Virus record (IMG/VR): IMGVR_UViG_3300044821_000131
Coordinates: 62,001-126,000 of that record
Strand: one strand, 5' to 3'
Length of the DNA stretch: 64,000 bases
This document shows positions 1 through 9,725 of this stretch, piece after piece; positions within the stretch are counted from its first letter, which is position 1; each line of letters opens with the position of its first letter. Position numbers and translations under genes: made by a program. The notes below the pieces were generated by a model. The model saw nothing but the letters and a program-made list of their open reading frames with translations, did not search any database and had not been told where the DNA came from.

Positions 1-2
1 AT

Positions 3-92
3 GCTGACGGCGTGAGCCTCATTCTTGTGGATGCCGTCAAAAACGCTGACGAAGTGCTGAACATATCCGCACCGCAATCCGTGAAGCAATGA
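3..92 (+). CDS. 3' end of a hypothetical protein entering from the left edge
   Basis: Open frame from base 3 to TGA at 90-92, just before the next ATG at 103. Confidence 0.35.
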   Translation, partial: ADGVSLILVDAVKNADEVLNISAPQSVKQ

Positions 93-102
93 AAAGCAAA
101 CA

Positions 103-501
103 ATGAACACTGACACACCAGAGACTGATTTATGCGTAAAATCAGCCGATAGATATGGCGACCGAGATGTGGTTCCGGCGACCATCGCCCGCCAACTCAA
201 ACGCGAACTAGACCAAGCCAAAGAACTAATGAAAACCGCCGCAATCTGGATTGAGGCGTGTCCATTTGAAAATTCAATTCCGCTCGGACTAAAACTGCGC
301 AACGCCGCGATGCCCGAAGTGGAGGGCGTAGAGGCCTTGGCAACTGGTTCGGCGACTCCGATCACGATAGCAGATGCCATCGCTGAATACAAAGCCACGC
401 GAGGAACGTCGGCTGTCAATCTACTGCATAAAGTACTCGACCAAATAATCGGTCTCCGCTGCCCGCAATGCGGAGAAGACATAAAGGTCACGCTGGAATG
501 A
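103..501 (+). CDS. hypothetical phage protein, C-terminal CxxC
   Basis: 132-aa ORF in a co-oriented run; ends with RCPQCG. Confidence 0.7.
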   Translation: MNTDTPETDLCVKSADRYGDRDVVPATIARQLKRELDQAKELMKTAAIWIEACPFENSIPLGLKLRNAAMPEVEGVEALATGSATPITIADAIAEYKATRGTSAVNLLHKVLDQIIGLRCPQCGEDIKVTLE

Positions 502-528
502 AACCTGACTGTCAACTTGTGAAATAAC

Positions 529-879
529 ATGTACTCACATCAAATTAGTGAAATGGCTGAATTGTTGGCCAAAACCGTCAAGCTACCTATGGAGCCGGCT
601 GCGAGAACCGCCATGATTTTGGATTTTGTTCATGCTCTCAGTAATTACTGGAGTGACAAAATAGCTATCACTTGGTCTCTCGACGACGTTCGGCATGTGG
701 CAGAGATGCATGCTGAGGACTATACCTGTTCTGAGGCTCAGTTGCGCGAATGCCTGCACAACATACTGCATGGAAGCTCCGCGGACATAGGTGTAACGTG
801 GGCGACGATTGACGATGAATTACAGCACCTGACCAGCGATGAAAAAACAACCTGCTTATCCTGTCACGCCAGAGCTTGA
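529..879 (+). CDS. hypothetical phage protein
   Basis: 116-aa ORF, A-rich leader, C-terminal CLSC. Confidence 0.7.
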   Translation: MYSHQISEMAELLAKTVKLPMEPAARTAMILDFVHALSNYWSDKIAITWSLDDVRHVAEMHAEDYTCSEAQLRECLHNILHGSSADIGVTWATIDDELQHLTSDEKTTCLSCHARA

Positions 880-1168
880 TAAGGTGAAGGCCGTGCACGA
901 GAAGGCTCAAGCCATCGGAGAGTTTTTAGATATCTTCCTTTCTGAAAAGGGAGGTTACTCGATCGGCCGACCGCACAAGCATGGCCCACAATGTGGCGTA
1001 ATTTTTGAAGACGATAGCCCAAGCTGTGGTTATCGAACTGGCGAATTCGAGGCATTGAATGGCGCTATTGAACAGCGCCTTGCTGAGTTCTTCGGTATTG
1101 ATCTCAAGAAGGTTGAACGCGAACGCCGGCAGGTTTTAGACTACATACAAACTCTCAATGACAGATAA
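839..1168 (+). CDS. hypothetical phage protein
   Basis: 109-aa ORF overlapping both neighbours. Confidence 0.65.
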   Translation: MKKQPAYPVTPELDKVKAVHEKAQAIGEFLDIFLSEKGGYSIGRPHKHGPQCGVIFEDDSPSCGYRTGEFEALNGAIEQRLAEFFGIDLKKVERERRQVLDYIQTLNDR

Positions 1169-1406
1169 AACTGAATCCCCTACACTCTCGGATAGCATAC
1201 TCCCGATTTGTCCGCTTTGTGGTCGGGTTTTAACCACTGATGATAAGCTAATTTTGCATTACAACATTACCAGGAAATATTGGGTGACGTCACACTTGGT
1301 GAAGCGGGACAACGGTGAGCTCGCTCTTCGGGATTTCTCCGGACAACTCTGTCAATGGACGAGTAGATGTGCCTGTGCAGATATACAAACAGTGATAGAT
1401 AGATGA
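1158..1406 (+). CDS. hypothetical protein with CPLC motif
   Basis: 82-aa ORF coupled to the upstream gene. Confidence 0.55.
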   Translation: MTDKTESPTLSDSILPICPLCGRVLTTDDKLILHYNITRKYWVTSHLVKRDNGELALRDFSGQLCQWTSRCACADIQTVIDR

Positions 1407-1455
1407 ATTATGACTGAATCCGAATCGAACCGGCGCCGCCTGCGAGCAAAACTTT

Positions 1456-1977
1456 ATGAGACACCAACTAAAGCTATGGCCTGAATATTTCAAGGCCGTA
1501 GCTACTGGAACGAGAACTTTCGAGGTGCGTGAAAATGACCGCAACTTCAAGGTGGGTGATGTGCTGGAACTCCGCGAATGGATACCGCAGCAAAATGATC
1601 CCGAATGTGAAATCCATTACTACCTCATGGGTGATGGTAACTGCACCTGTGGCACAAAAGGCAAATACACAGGGCGGCGCCTCGAATTTCGAGTGACCTA
1701 CATGACAGACTTTGGTCAACCGGACAATCAGGTAGTCATGGCTATTATCCCTAACATGCACAAAAATCAATGGCAATTAATCGAAACCGCTCCGCTTGAT
1801 AGCACAGTCATAGATATATGGTCTGCCAGCGAGGGCAGGCTGACAAACTATCGGCGCGTGAAACTGTCAAAAGACAACATCTTTTACGACCCTGACGAAT
1901 CTGGTGCCTGCTGCATCCGTGATGCAACTCATTGGATGTCGATACCGAATCCGCCGAACGCAAAGGAACGAATATGA
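1456..1977 (+). CDS. ASCH/PUA-like (DUF3850-type) protein with C-terminal DUF551-like segment
   Basis: N-terminus [40 protein letters not shown] is typical of phage ASCH/DUF3850 proteins; C-terminus WQLIETAP...[10 protein letters not shown]. Confidence 0.8.
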   Translation: MRHQLKLWPEYFKAVATGTRTFEVRENDRNFKVGDVLELREWIPQQNDPECEIHYYLMGDGNCTCGTKGKYTGRRLEFRVTYMTDFGQPDNQVVMAIIPNMHKNQWQLIETAPLDSTVIDIWSASEGRLTNYRRVKLSKDNIFYDPDESGACCIRDATHWMSIPNPPNAKERI

Positions 1978-2049
1978 AATGCCCTAAATGCAACCATGAA
2001 ATCCACGTGGCCTAACAGTTAAATCTACCAAATTGGCGGGCATAGTCCT

Positions 2050-2247
2050 ATGGCATACATCTTGAATTATCGGGAGCCAGGCAAGCGTCCCGGAACGGAA
2101 CGCTGGGCCAAACGAAAAGTGGACTCGGTGCAAGAAGCAATTGAATGGATGAATAACAATAAAGAAATAGCCTTCCTGCCGGCATCAGTCGTGACGAACG
2201 CCTGGCGGCCATCCACGGTCGCCATATTGGGAGGAGTAAAATTCTAA
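2050..2247 (+). CDS. hypothetical protein
   Basis: 65-aa ORF in the co-oriented run. Confidence 0.6.
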   Translation: MAYILNYREPGKRPGTERWAKRKVDSVQEAIEWMNNNKEIAFLPASVVTNAWRPSTVAILGGVKF

Positions 2248-2263
2248 ATAAAAACAACAAACT

Positions 2264-2485
2264 ATGGCTACTGGACGTGAATTAATCGGAGAAACGGTCA
2301 CGCTTAACGTAGGTGCCTATAAGGACCAACAGGGTGTCGTGAAAGCCTATGACCCCGGGCTGGACCAATACTGCATCGTCTGTGACGGATACCCCGACAT
2401 GTACGAACGTGGGGGTTTTCGCACGGACGCGGATCTTAACGGACGTCAAGGCGTGATGGACCGCGACTCGGACTTCTATGCTTGA
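2264..2485 (+). CDS. hypothetical protein (possible KOW/SH3-like)
   Basis: IGETVTLNVGAYKDQQGVVKAYD resembles a KOW motif. Confidence 0.55.
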   Translation: MATGRELIGETVTLNVGAYKDQQGVVKAYDPGLDQYCIVCDGYPDMYERGGFRTDADLNGRQGVMDRDSDFYA

Positions 2486-2780
2486 TCAACGTGATAAACC
2501 CGTGCCGATAGATCTCACCCTCTTGTTCTTTGCACCCAAGGAACTCAGCAAGCGTGAGATTGAATTGATTGATGCCTTGGACTGGTATCAGCCGGACCGT
2601 GAAGCACATCCCGGGCGTCAGACTATAATTCTGGTCAGTGAGCAGAAACTGCGCTCATGCCTGCGAGAGGATTTCGAGCCGTACGCTCTGGAGGACATTG
2701 GTCTCAAGCATCTTCGCGCAGTTGATTATATCGACCCAGTCTTACATCGTTGGGATCGGGATATGTTCTACCACGCATAA
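2478..2780 (+). CDS. hypothetical protein
   Basis: 100-aa ORF; stop lies in the first copy of the 27-nt repeat. Confidence 0.6.
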   Translation: MLDQRDKPVPIDLTLLFFAPKELSKREIELIDALDWYQPDREAHPGRQTIILVSEQKLRSCLREDFEPYALEDIGLKHLRAVDYIDPVLHRWDRDMFYHA

Positions 2781-2855
2781 GTGCGCGATATGTTCTACCA
2801 CGCATAAGTGCGTGATATGTTCTACCACGCATAAGTGCGTGATATGTTCTACCAC
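2760..2855. repeat. 27-nt tandem repeat, ~3.5 copies, each with an internal inverted repeat
   Basis: GATATGTTCTACCACGCATAAGTGCG(C/T) at 2760, 2787, 2814, partial at 2841; contains CACGCA-TAAG-TGCGTG. Confidence 0.95.
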
Positions 2856-2864
2856 ACCCAAATT

Positions 2865-3128
2865 ATGAATGACACACACACGGAGACTCCGCTTCCGCTG
2901 GAACAGGAGTTTCCTCGACTGGCTGAGCACCTGCGCTTAATAGCCAACGATCAGCACCCGGTTGTACTTGGATTCTCAGTTGAGCCGAAGCACTTGCGGC
3001 TCGTTATGCGCGGTACTGAAAAGCATCCTCAGCCCTTTGTGCGGGTGATAGCTCACCAAATGCCCGGTCGAAACGACCCTTGTCCTTGTGGAAGTGGTGA
3101 GAAATTCAAAAGGTGCCATGGCCAATAA
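2865..3128 (+). CDS. SEC-C motif zinc-binding protein
   Basis: C-terminal [19 protein letters not shown]; start placed at ATG 2865 after the repeat. Confidence 0.8.
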   Translation: MNDTHTETPLPLEQEFPRLAEHLRLIANDQHPVVLGFSVEPKHLRLVMRGTEKHPQPFVRVIAHQMPGRNDPCPCGSGEKFKRCHGQ

Positions 3129-3312
3129 ATCACAGTCAGCACCCATATCCGCGCTGGGTGCTGACTGGCCTGACACCGGACGCACCTTTCCACCAGATGC
3201 GGCGCTGCATACCACTGTGGTGCATCCTAATTGGGTGGACTTATGTTGGTACGATTCGCTTCGGTCTGTGTGGATATATCTGTCAACATTACCAGTGGAA
3301 AAATTCAAATGA
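3118..3312 (+). CDS. hypothetical protein
   Basis: Short ORF overlapping the SEC-C gene end. Confidence 0.45.
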   Translation: MANKSQSAPISALGADWPDTGRTFPPDAALHTTVVHPNWVDLCWYDSLRSVWIYLSTLPVEKFK

Positions 3313-3321
3313 AAGGAAACG

Positions 3322-3558
3322 ATGGCAACAGTATGGTGTCCGAATTGTGCAGCCTTATCTATTAACGGTATCCCTTGTCATGAAACCGGCTGTCCGAATA
3401 GCGACCAGGCTTGGAAGTTTCGAAGCAAAGGCTTGATCGGAAAGTACTGCATCCCTAAAGGTGAAGATCCGGCTGCGTGGATGCATAAGGATTATAGGCG
3501 TCCAGCGAATCTTGAACAAGCTGCTAAGGCGTATGCCCGGCCTTCAAAAATATTATGA
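3322..3558 (+). CDS. hypothetical protein, Cys/His N-terminus
   Basis: CPNC...GIPCHETGCP. Confidence 0.6.
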   Translation: MATVWCPNCAALSINGIPCHETGCPNSDQAWKFRSKGLIGKYCIPKGEDPAAWMHKDYRRPANLEQAAKAYARPSKIL

Positions 3559-3905
3559 AAAAACTAAAATGCTCGGTGTTCGTTACGTTACTCGCGCTAG
3601 CCGTCTGCGGCTGCGTTCAGTTCGGTCCGGTGCCTGTGTACGACGGTTATGCCGTACAAGGCACCCAAACACGACAAGTGCTCGTGGTCAACGCCCCATT
3701 GCACGTGGTGCTGTCGGAAACCCATGTGCTGCCTCTTGTTCCTGTGCCAGGACTTACTTGGATACCTGGTAACTGGGTTTGGCATTCGTATCGTGGGGTG
3801 CCCGAAAATCCATATTGCGGTCGCTACGGCTTCACCTACCCGTGGGGATGTGGCTACTACAACTATGCTCCGTCGTATTATGTACATGGTCAGCCGAGGT
3901 GGTGA
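3555..3905 (+). CDS. predicted lipoprotein with YXWGXW-like repeat
   Basis: Lipobox-like LLALAVCGC; WIPGNWVW; Tyr/Gly-rich tail. Confidence 0.65.
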   Translation: MKKLKCSVFVTLLALAVCGCVQFGPVPVYDGYAVQGTQTRQVLVVNAPLHVVLSETHVLPLVPVPGLTWIPGNWVWHSYRGVPENPYCGRYGFTYPWGCGYYNYAPSYYVHGQPRW

Positions 3906-3922
3906 TTGAATCAGGTTGAGTT

Positions 3923-6868
3923 TTGGCGGGCTACGGGTTAATCTTCGGGCAAATGTTCAAGGTTTCGAGAGTCGTCGATTCTGCCAGCCTAAAGGAAGCG
4001 CGTGCTATCATGCGCCGAATTTATGATGAACATCCTGACCATTGGCCCCATGGCCTTTCTGCCGATCACTTCGACGACGGGTGCTACCTGATCCGTGAGA
4101 AACGATCCTCCACTCCAGTTGGATTTGCCGGCTTCCAGCGGCGTTGGGAATTCGATGGAGACTCCCCGAAACGCGTTGGCTTCTATTCCATAGGCATCCT
4201 TCCGGAGTACCGCCAGAACGGGTTCGCGAAGGAAGCGATCGGCAAATTGATCTCGATGAAGTCTGCCGGTGTAGATCGAGTCAAAGCCCTAATCGTTAAA
4301 GGTAACACACCGTCCTTGAGACTGGCATCATCCTTGGGCGTGCCCGCTATCGTCAAGTCGGCTACGACGACTCAAACGGCCCAGCGTCATCCGTTCGGCC
4401 TCAAGGATGTAGGGGCGATCGGGGGCGCAGCACTTCTAGGTGACACTTGGAATCAAAGTCGTAAGGCGGTCGGATATGCAAACAAGATGACCGCGCTGCA
4501 TGAGGCTCTAGCCAAACGGAAGTTCGCCGACATGCAGGATCCGGACGCGTTCTACGGTCTGATGCATGATTACGGAACCATGGCGCAGGGGGCATTGAAG
4601 ACCCGGGTGTTTGGTGTCCCGTTTCATACCATCGGCAGCGCTTTCCCGTTATCGCGTATTTCCACCGGTGACCAGACTAAAAAGTTGTCAATCGCTCAGT
4701 TGTTGAATCATTACAGCGGCAATAGGCCACTGGATCCAGAAACGACCAAGAGTTTGGAGGATGCCTACGGCCATTACGCCGGGTATTCCCGAAATCCTTC
4801 CGAGATTCAATTCCGGGAGTTCACCACCGGTAATTCCATAGGTAGCGCCCATCAGATTACCGGAGGCATGAGAACGTCCGGTATTACCCCGGAAAAGTGG
4901 GGTGAGATGCTCAAGTCATCGGATCCAATGAAAGCGCTCATGTCCCATATCAAATTGTCTCCATACCGGAAGGTCGCGTTGCGGGACATGTACGAGAACT
5001 TCGGAAAGGGACTTTTGACTGATAATCAGCCCGCAGCCGAATTCTTTGCCGGCAAGATGCCCGTCAATCCTTTCGGTGGTGGCCCCGCAGCCTACGGACG
5101 TGGTATCATAGGCGCCGCGCGTCAGCTTCGACCCCTAGCCGGTGCTGGCGCACTAGGCCTTGCCGGCTATGAGGCTTATAGGCGCACGAAGAAAGCCAGC
5201 GCCCAGTTACAGCGCAAAGATCGTGAAACGGCAGCGGCGGGCCTGTTGGGAGGGGCGGGTCTGGCTTCCAGTGCTCGTCGTTATCGTCCCTCCAATCTCA
5301 TTTTATCAACTGGCGGGCATCTTAAGGAGCCGGTCGCTTGGCTGGATACTGGCGCCGGTCACATCACTCCGGCGCGAGCGATGGCCGAATTACTTCGTCA
5401 GCACCCGGCAGTACAGTCGGGAGATTTCAGCGTAGGCGAGGCATACCGTACAATGAATGAACCTTACCTGAAGGAGTGGCATCAGGGTAAAGGCATGTTG
5501 GGTCCAGAGAATTCGAAGACGCTGTCCCCAATCTCCAACTTGGTACACGGGTTCTCCGATAAGTTCATAAATCCATTCACTGTAAAAGGAATGGAAAAGT
5601 CCAAACCTCACGCTCTAATGATGCTGGAACACGGCATGGGCGGAAATCAGTTTACATTTGGCGGTGCGATTCGTAATCCGCAATTCACTTGGCACCCGAA
5701 AGGTGGCGTGGGCTTCGTCTCGGACTTTGTCCATGACCCGTCTGATATTGCCCAAAAAGACACACTTTTGAATGTGGGCGGCTATCTGAATAAGATGCCT
5801 GCCATTACTTTCGGCAAGCCGCAGTCTCCGAACAAGTATGGACCTCTTTTAAAGCCTCTGATCAATACTTCGGTGCATCCGTTGTTGCAGCAGAAGGTCA
5901 TCGATAACGCGCGCGAGTGGCTGGTAGGTAAACGCAATCCGGCAGATGTATGGCACAATTTAGCGTCCGGAATGAAGGCCACAGATCCTGAAGGCTCGGC
6001 GCGACTTACGGCGGCGGTCCAGACTGGTAAAAAGATTGTTACGGTTTCGGGATCGTCCCGTGGTGATCTGGTAGCCCACCGTGCGGCCGATCTACAGCGT
6101 GAGTTAAGAGCCAATGGCTTGGACGGTCATTTTCAGGTCGTGGCGGCGTTGGGTAACGCCCATAATCATCCACAAGATCTATCTCATCGGCTACTGGATC
6201 ATTATCCCGAAGTGGTGCGGATTGGACACACTGCGAATTATCCTGGTGCCGACATGACGGATCTTGTGCATGCCTCGGATTTCCATTGGGGTTCAACCGG
6301 GGCTTCGGCTCACGCTGAAGCGATGTTGTCGGCTACCCCGACCGCGTTCGTAACCCGGTTCAATGATTCGCCAGAAGGACCTGGTGGTCTTGATAATCAG
6401 CTACGGGAAATGCAAGCCCGTGGATTGGACACATCACATTTCGAGCATATGCGTTCGAAGGGCTACAATCTCGATAGTTGGAATCGTGGCCTGATCAATC
6501 ACATAAAGACTAACATGGCGGGCAAAGAGTTGGGGGTAGAGTCGGCCAATAATGCCAAAGAACTGCTGCCGTTCTTACGGCGCATGTCTGGTGGCGAAAT
6601 CATGCGGTATGCGGATCGGGCGTCGCATCAACTTAACGCCACAGAATTTGAGCGTCGACGCTTATCGGACGCTCTGATCGAACATGCTGCCGTGCTTCGG
6701 TCGGGTGCTGCGAATGCCCGGCTGATGCGTTTGGGTGCAGGTGGTGCGTTAGCGGGTGCGGGTTTATATGCGTTGGGCAAGTCACAGATGGACCGGCCTC
6801 CGGTTCAAGGTCGATTTGCCGACGCGATTCAGAGATTCTCAAACTTATTTCATCAATATCAAAGATAA
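3923..6868 (+). CDS. multidomain protein: GNAT acetyltransferase + unknown domain + GT-B glycosyltransferase (MurG/MGDG-synthase-like)
   Basis: GNAT: VGFYSIGILPEYRQNGFAKEA...NTPSLRLASSLG. GT28-like: TGAGHITPARAMAE, KIVTVSGSSRG, SDFHWGSTGASAHAEAMLSATP. Confidence 0.75.
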   Translation: MAGYGLIFGQMFKVSRVVDSASLKEARAIMRRIYDEHPDHWPHGLSADHFDDGCYLIREKRSSTPVGFAGFQRRWEFDGDSPKRVGFYSIGILPEYRQNGFAKEAIGKLISMKSAGVDRVKALIVKGNTPSLRLASSLGVPAIVKSATTTQTAQRHPFGLKDVGAIGGAALLGDTWNQSRKAVGYANKMTALHEALAKRKFADMQDPDAFYGLMHDYGTMAQGALKTRVFGVPFHTIGSAFPLSRISTGDQTKKLSIAQLLNHYSGNRPLDPETTKSLEDAYGHYAGYSRNPSEIQFREFTTGNSIGSAHQITGGMRTSGITPEKWGEMLKSSDPMKALMSHIKLSPYRKVALRDMYENFGKGLLTDNQPAAEFFAGKMPVNPFGGGPAAYGRGIIGAARQLRPLAGAGALGLAGYEAYRRTKKASAQLQRKDRETAAAGLLGGAGLASSARRYRPSNLILSTGGHLKEPVAWLDTGAGHITPARAMAELLRQHPAVQSGDFSVGEAYRTMNEPYLKEWHQGKGMLGPENSKTLSPISNLVHGFSDKFINPFTVKGMEKSKPHALMMLEHGMGGNQFTFGGAIRNPQFTWHPKGGVGFVSDFVHDPSDIAQKDTLLNVGGYLNKMPAITFGKPQSPNKYGPLLKPLINTSVHPLLQQKVIDNAREWLVGKRNPADVWHNLASGMKATDPEGSARLTAAVQTGKKIVTVSGSSRGDLVAHRAADLQRELRANGLDGHFQVVAALGNAHNHPQDLSHRLLDHYPEVVRIGHTANYPGADMTDLVHASDFHWGSTGASAHAEAMLSATPTAFVTRFNDSPEGPGGLDNQLREMQARGLDTSHFEHMRSKGYNLDSWNRGLINHIKTNMAGKELGVESANNAKELLPFLRRMSGGEIMRYADRASHQLNATEFERRRLSDALIEHAAVLRSGAANARLMRLGAGGALAGAGLYALGKSQMDRPPVQGRFADAIQRFSNLFHQYQR

Positions 6869-7527
6869 TGTCCGAAACAATCTACGTTGGTCTGTTTCAA
6901 GGTAATAATAAAAAGTCCCCATTGGTAAAATATAATGTTCAAGGCGATATACAAACCATCGCGGCGCTGGCACACAGGACGTTGCGAGGTATATTATTGC
7001 TTGAAGCTGATGGGTGCTTTGATGATTTGACAATAGGGGTTCATCCAATGTCACAGGATACGCTCGACATCATTGAACCTTTGCATCAATTAATGCACTG
7101 TCTTTGGACTGTGCGGGCGGATTACGACACATTCGGAAGTAAAATCGCTAATGTCGAGTTTATAGTCGCACTGGTAGAATTTAACGTTATGCTGTTAGGC
7201 TCCAAGATTGGTCGTACGGGTAACGCTTCCACGGACAGGTGGACGCGTCATGAGATTTGGCAGCGCTTGTGTTGTTTCAATATGTCGAATGCCAACAGAC
7301 CGTCGGAGTCGGAGTTAACGGCGGACTCATATCAAAATATCGTCGAGTTGTTGCGTGACCTCTATGTTCTGTACGCTGAAGCTCCGATTGATGAGTACAT
7401 TAGCAATAAGTTCATATACGATCCCATCAAACCAGACATGGAAATCTTTGTCTCCAATAAGAAAGAACTGGCTTGGACAGCCAAGGCCTTTAAATCGAAC
7501 AAAGCTTTAAATCGAACAAAGCTTTAA
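6868..7527 (+). CDS. hypothetical protein
   Basis: 219-aa ORF, TAATG coupling; C-terminus runs into the 17-nt repeat. Confidence 0.7.
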   Translation: MSETIYVGLFQGNNKKSPLVKYNVQGDIQTIAALAHRTLRGILLLEADGCFDDLTIGVHPMSQDTLDIIEPLHQLMHCLWTVRADYDTFGSKIANVEFIVALVEFNVMLLGSKIGRTGNASTDRWTRHEIWQRLCCFNMSNANRPSESELTADSYQNIVELLRDLYVLYAEAPIDEYISNKFIYDPIKPDMEIFVSNKKELAWTAKAFKSNKALNRTKL

Positions 7528-7568
7528 ATCGAACAAAGCTTTAAATCGAACAAAGCTTTAACCGAATA
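7484..7568. repeat. 17-nt AT-rich tandem repeat, ~5 copies
   Basis: AAAGCTTTAAATCGAAC exact at 7501, 7518, 7535; degenerate at 7484 and 7552. Confidence 0.95.
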
Positions 7569-7618
7569 AATCATTACCGTCTTTAAATACGGTACTTCTG
7601 TCAGTTAAATCAAAATTT

Positions 7619-7981
7619 ATGAAAACCCAGGCTAGTTATTCGTATGTGATACCGGTGGAAAGATTTACCAAACTGTTCGACACGGCCTCGGCCAAACGCA
7701 AGTTCGAGAAGCTTTTGGACGACGGTTGGGAATCCAAGGACGAAATTTACGAAGTATTGAAGGAACTATTTCGACGGCTGAAGTTTCCGCCGATGGACGG
7801 TGACATTTTAATTTCGGATGAGGAACAGGCACCCGAGTTGCAGGATGAGTCTACTTGCGGCATGTTTGCGTGTTTTGCCACTGAGACCTTGTTCTTAATG
7901 TTCGATCGTCCGGCTTACACTGAAATGGTGAATCGTGGGGTCAAACCAGAACTTCGTCTGTGGACCACGTTCGCTTATTAA
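7619..7981 (+). CDS. hypothetical protein
   Basis: 120-aa ORF, AT-rich leader. Confidence 0.7.
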   Translation: MKTQASYSYVIPVERFTKLFDTASAKRKFEKLLDDGWESKDEIYEVLKELFRRLKFPPMDGDILISDEEQAPELQDESTCGMFACFATETLFLMFDRPAYTEMVNRGVKPELRLWTTFAY

Positions 7982-7998
7982 CAACAAAATATAACACT

Positions 7999-8268
7999 AT
8001 GGCTGATAGAGATGTTCGAGATGTAAAGAAAGAGTGGGCGGCTAAGTTTCAGCCGCTGGTTGGACGTAAAATCAAAACCGTGCGTTGGATGTATAACGAC
8101 GAGCTCGTGGCCACTGGTTGGTCCAAAGCCCCAATCGTACTCGTGCTTGATGATGATACTCTGTTGTATCCCAGCATGGACGACGAAGGTAACGACGCTG
8201 GCGCACTCTTCACTCAAGAGGGGCGTAAAACTAAAGGGCTGGAGCCAGTTGCCCCGGTTATCAGATGA
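7999..8268 (+). CDS. hypothetical protein
   Basis: Start placed at ATG 7999 after an A-rich leader. Confidence 0.65.
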   Translation: MADRDVRDVKKEWAAKFQPLVGRKIKTVRWMYNDELVATGWSKAPIVLVLDDDTLLYPSMDDEGNDAGALFTQEGRKTKGLEPVAPVIR

Positions 8269-8486
8269 GTCGAAAAAAGTCTGCTCTTGCCGGCACAGAT
8301 TTCCGTCTTGTTCGTAAGACAAAGAACTTTGTATGGCTTCGTTGGTGCGGTACTGGACGGTGGCACGGAAAAACCATCAGAGTTACTCGTTTGTTGTTCA
8401 ACACGATCTTTCGCATTATATCAGATAAAAATATTGAAGTTAAATCACCATGGCAAATTACTATACAGAGTTCAGTTTCACAGTAG
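8265..8486 (+). CDS. small basic hypothetical protein
   Basis: ATGA overlap with the upstream gene. Confidence 0.55.
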   Translation: MSRKKSALAGTDFRLVRKTKNFVWLRWCGTGRWHGKTIRVTRLLFNTIFRIISDKNIEVKSPWQITIQSSVSQ

Positions 8487-8899
8487 CACTGCCCAACAAG
8501 GAAGCACTGGTGGAAGCCTTGGATCTATATCGCCGATGTGGCGAGGACGAGTCTACCATTCCTGAAGAGCTCGAATCCGTTCGAGAACAGGGTGTGGGTT
8601 TTCATTTGGAGGAGGAGTCCAACGAGCAGTCCAACGAGCAGTATCCGCCTACGCTTTGGTTCCACTCCGAAGATGGTGGGAATATCGATTCTGTCTGCAT
8701 GTTCATTCAGTATCTGTTGAAGAAAAACGACATGAAGAACGCGGTCGGCTTTGAATACGCGCTCACTTGCAGCAAGCCCCGTATAGATGCTTTTGGTGGT
8801 GGCGCATGTATGATCACCGCGGACAAAATTGATGGTTTCAATTCTGGCGTTTGGTTGCTGGAGAGTCTGGGGCATCTGGGGCCTTGTCGAAACACATGA
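8450..8899 (+). CDS. acidic hypothetical protein
   Basis: 149 aa, YYTEFSF...FGGGACMIT. Confidence 0.7.
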   Translation: MANYYTEFSFTVALPNKEALVEALDLYRRCGEDESTIPEELESVREQGVGFHLEEESNEQSNEQYPPTLWFHSEDGGNIDSVCMFIQYLLKKNDMKNAVGFEYALTCSKPRIDAFGGGACMITADKIDGFNSGVWLLESLGHLGPCRNT

Positions 8900-9378
8900 G
8901 CTGTAAATCGTATTTTCTTCATGGTGGCAAAGTGGTGAAGTTCTTGGAAGACAACGATGACCTTGGTTGTCTTTGTACTTTTCCGCACGACGATGTAAGC
9001 ACATTGGACGCCGAACGCGTGCGTTCCTTAGCCTACCTCGGAGCTGCTGTCGTGTTACTGCAACGCGGACTCATTGAACATGGGTATCTACCAGATTGTC
9101 TGTCAGATTGGATACGTCGGGAGATCGATGCCAAGTTGGCCGGGCAGCCTTTACCCAACGTTATTACGCACGAAACCCCGTGCTACGTCGCGCTCAAGAA
9201 ACCCGGAGATTGCTTCTACACGTGGTATGATCGTAGCGCAATACTCGATAATCCTACGGATATTCCTACGAAGGAGGAAAGTAAATACGTCACTCGATTG
9301 CAATACAAGGCTAGTGGTGAATTAATCTCTCGTGAGGACGGGGCCAGAGCCGAAGTCTGGAAACCAATGGCGCCTTAA
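8896..9378 (+). CDS. hypothetical protein
   Basis: ATGA overlap at 8896. Confidence 0.65.
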   Translation: MSCKSYFLHGGKVVKFLEDNDDLGCLCTFPHDDVSTLDAERVRSLAYLGAAVVLLQRGLIEHGYLPDCLSDWIRREIDAKLAGQPLPNVITHETPCYVALKKPGDCFYTWYDRSAILDNPTDIPTKEESKYVTRLQYKASGELISREDGARAEVWKPMAP

Positions 9379-9385
9379 AATCCCA

Positions 9386-9706
9386 ATGCGCTTTAAATTA
9401 ATCTGCATGTCGTTCGACGGAGAATACAAGGTGGAACACGGCGATGATCGGAAAGGTTTTTACGATATAGCCGAGGCTTGGACTTGTAGTAATAATATCG
9501 GGTCCAAATGGTATTTCTATCCGTTTCACTTCGTCGTGAGCTTCAGCACGAAGACAATAGTGGCGGCGCCTTGCGGAATGGAATCGCTGGCGGGCAGGCG
9601 TACCGCATCAGTAGCTAGAATCTTTAATAAGTTCGCCGTCGAACCTGCTGCTCAATCTTTGACTGTGTACAAGTTCTTTCAATACGTGACTGGCAGGCTC
9701 ATATAA
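9386..9706 (+). CDS. hypothetical protein
   Basis: Start placed at ATG 9386; WYFYPFHFVV motif. Confidence 0.65.
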   Translation: MRFKLICMSFDGEYKVEHGDDRKGFYDIAEAWTCSNNIGSKWYFYPFHFVVSFSTKTIVAAPCGMESLAGRRTASVARIFNKFAVEPAAQSLTVYKFFQYVTGRLI

Positions 9707-9725
9707 ATTATCGGTTTAAAACAAC

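Noticed and set aside
1974-2015. 13-aa [16 protein letters not shown]
   Set aside because: Coupled start, but too short to support as a gene; possibly a remnant of a zinc-ribbon gene.
2760-7568. CRISPR calls for the 27-nt and 17-nt repeats
   Set aside because: Head-to-tail copies without spacers.
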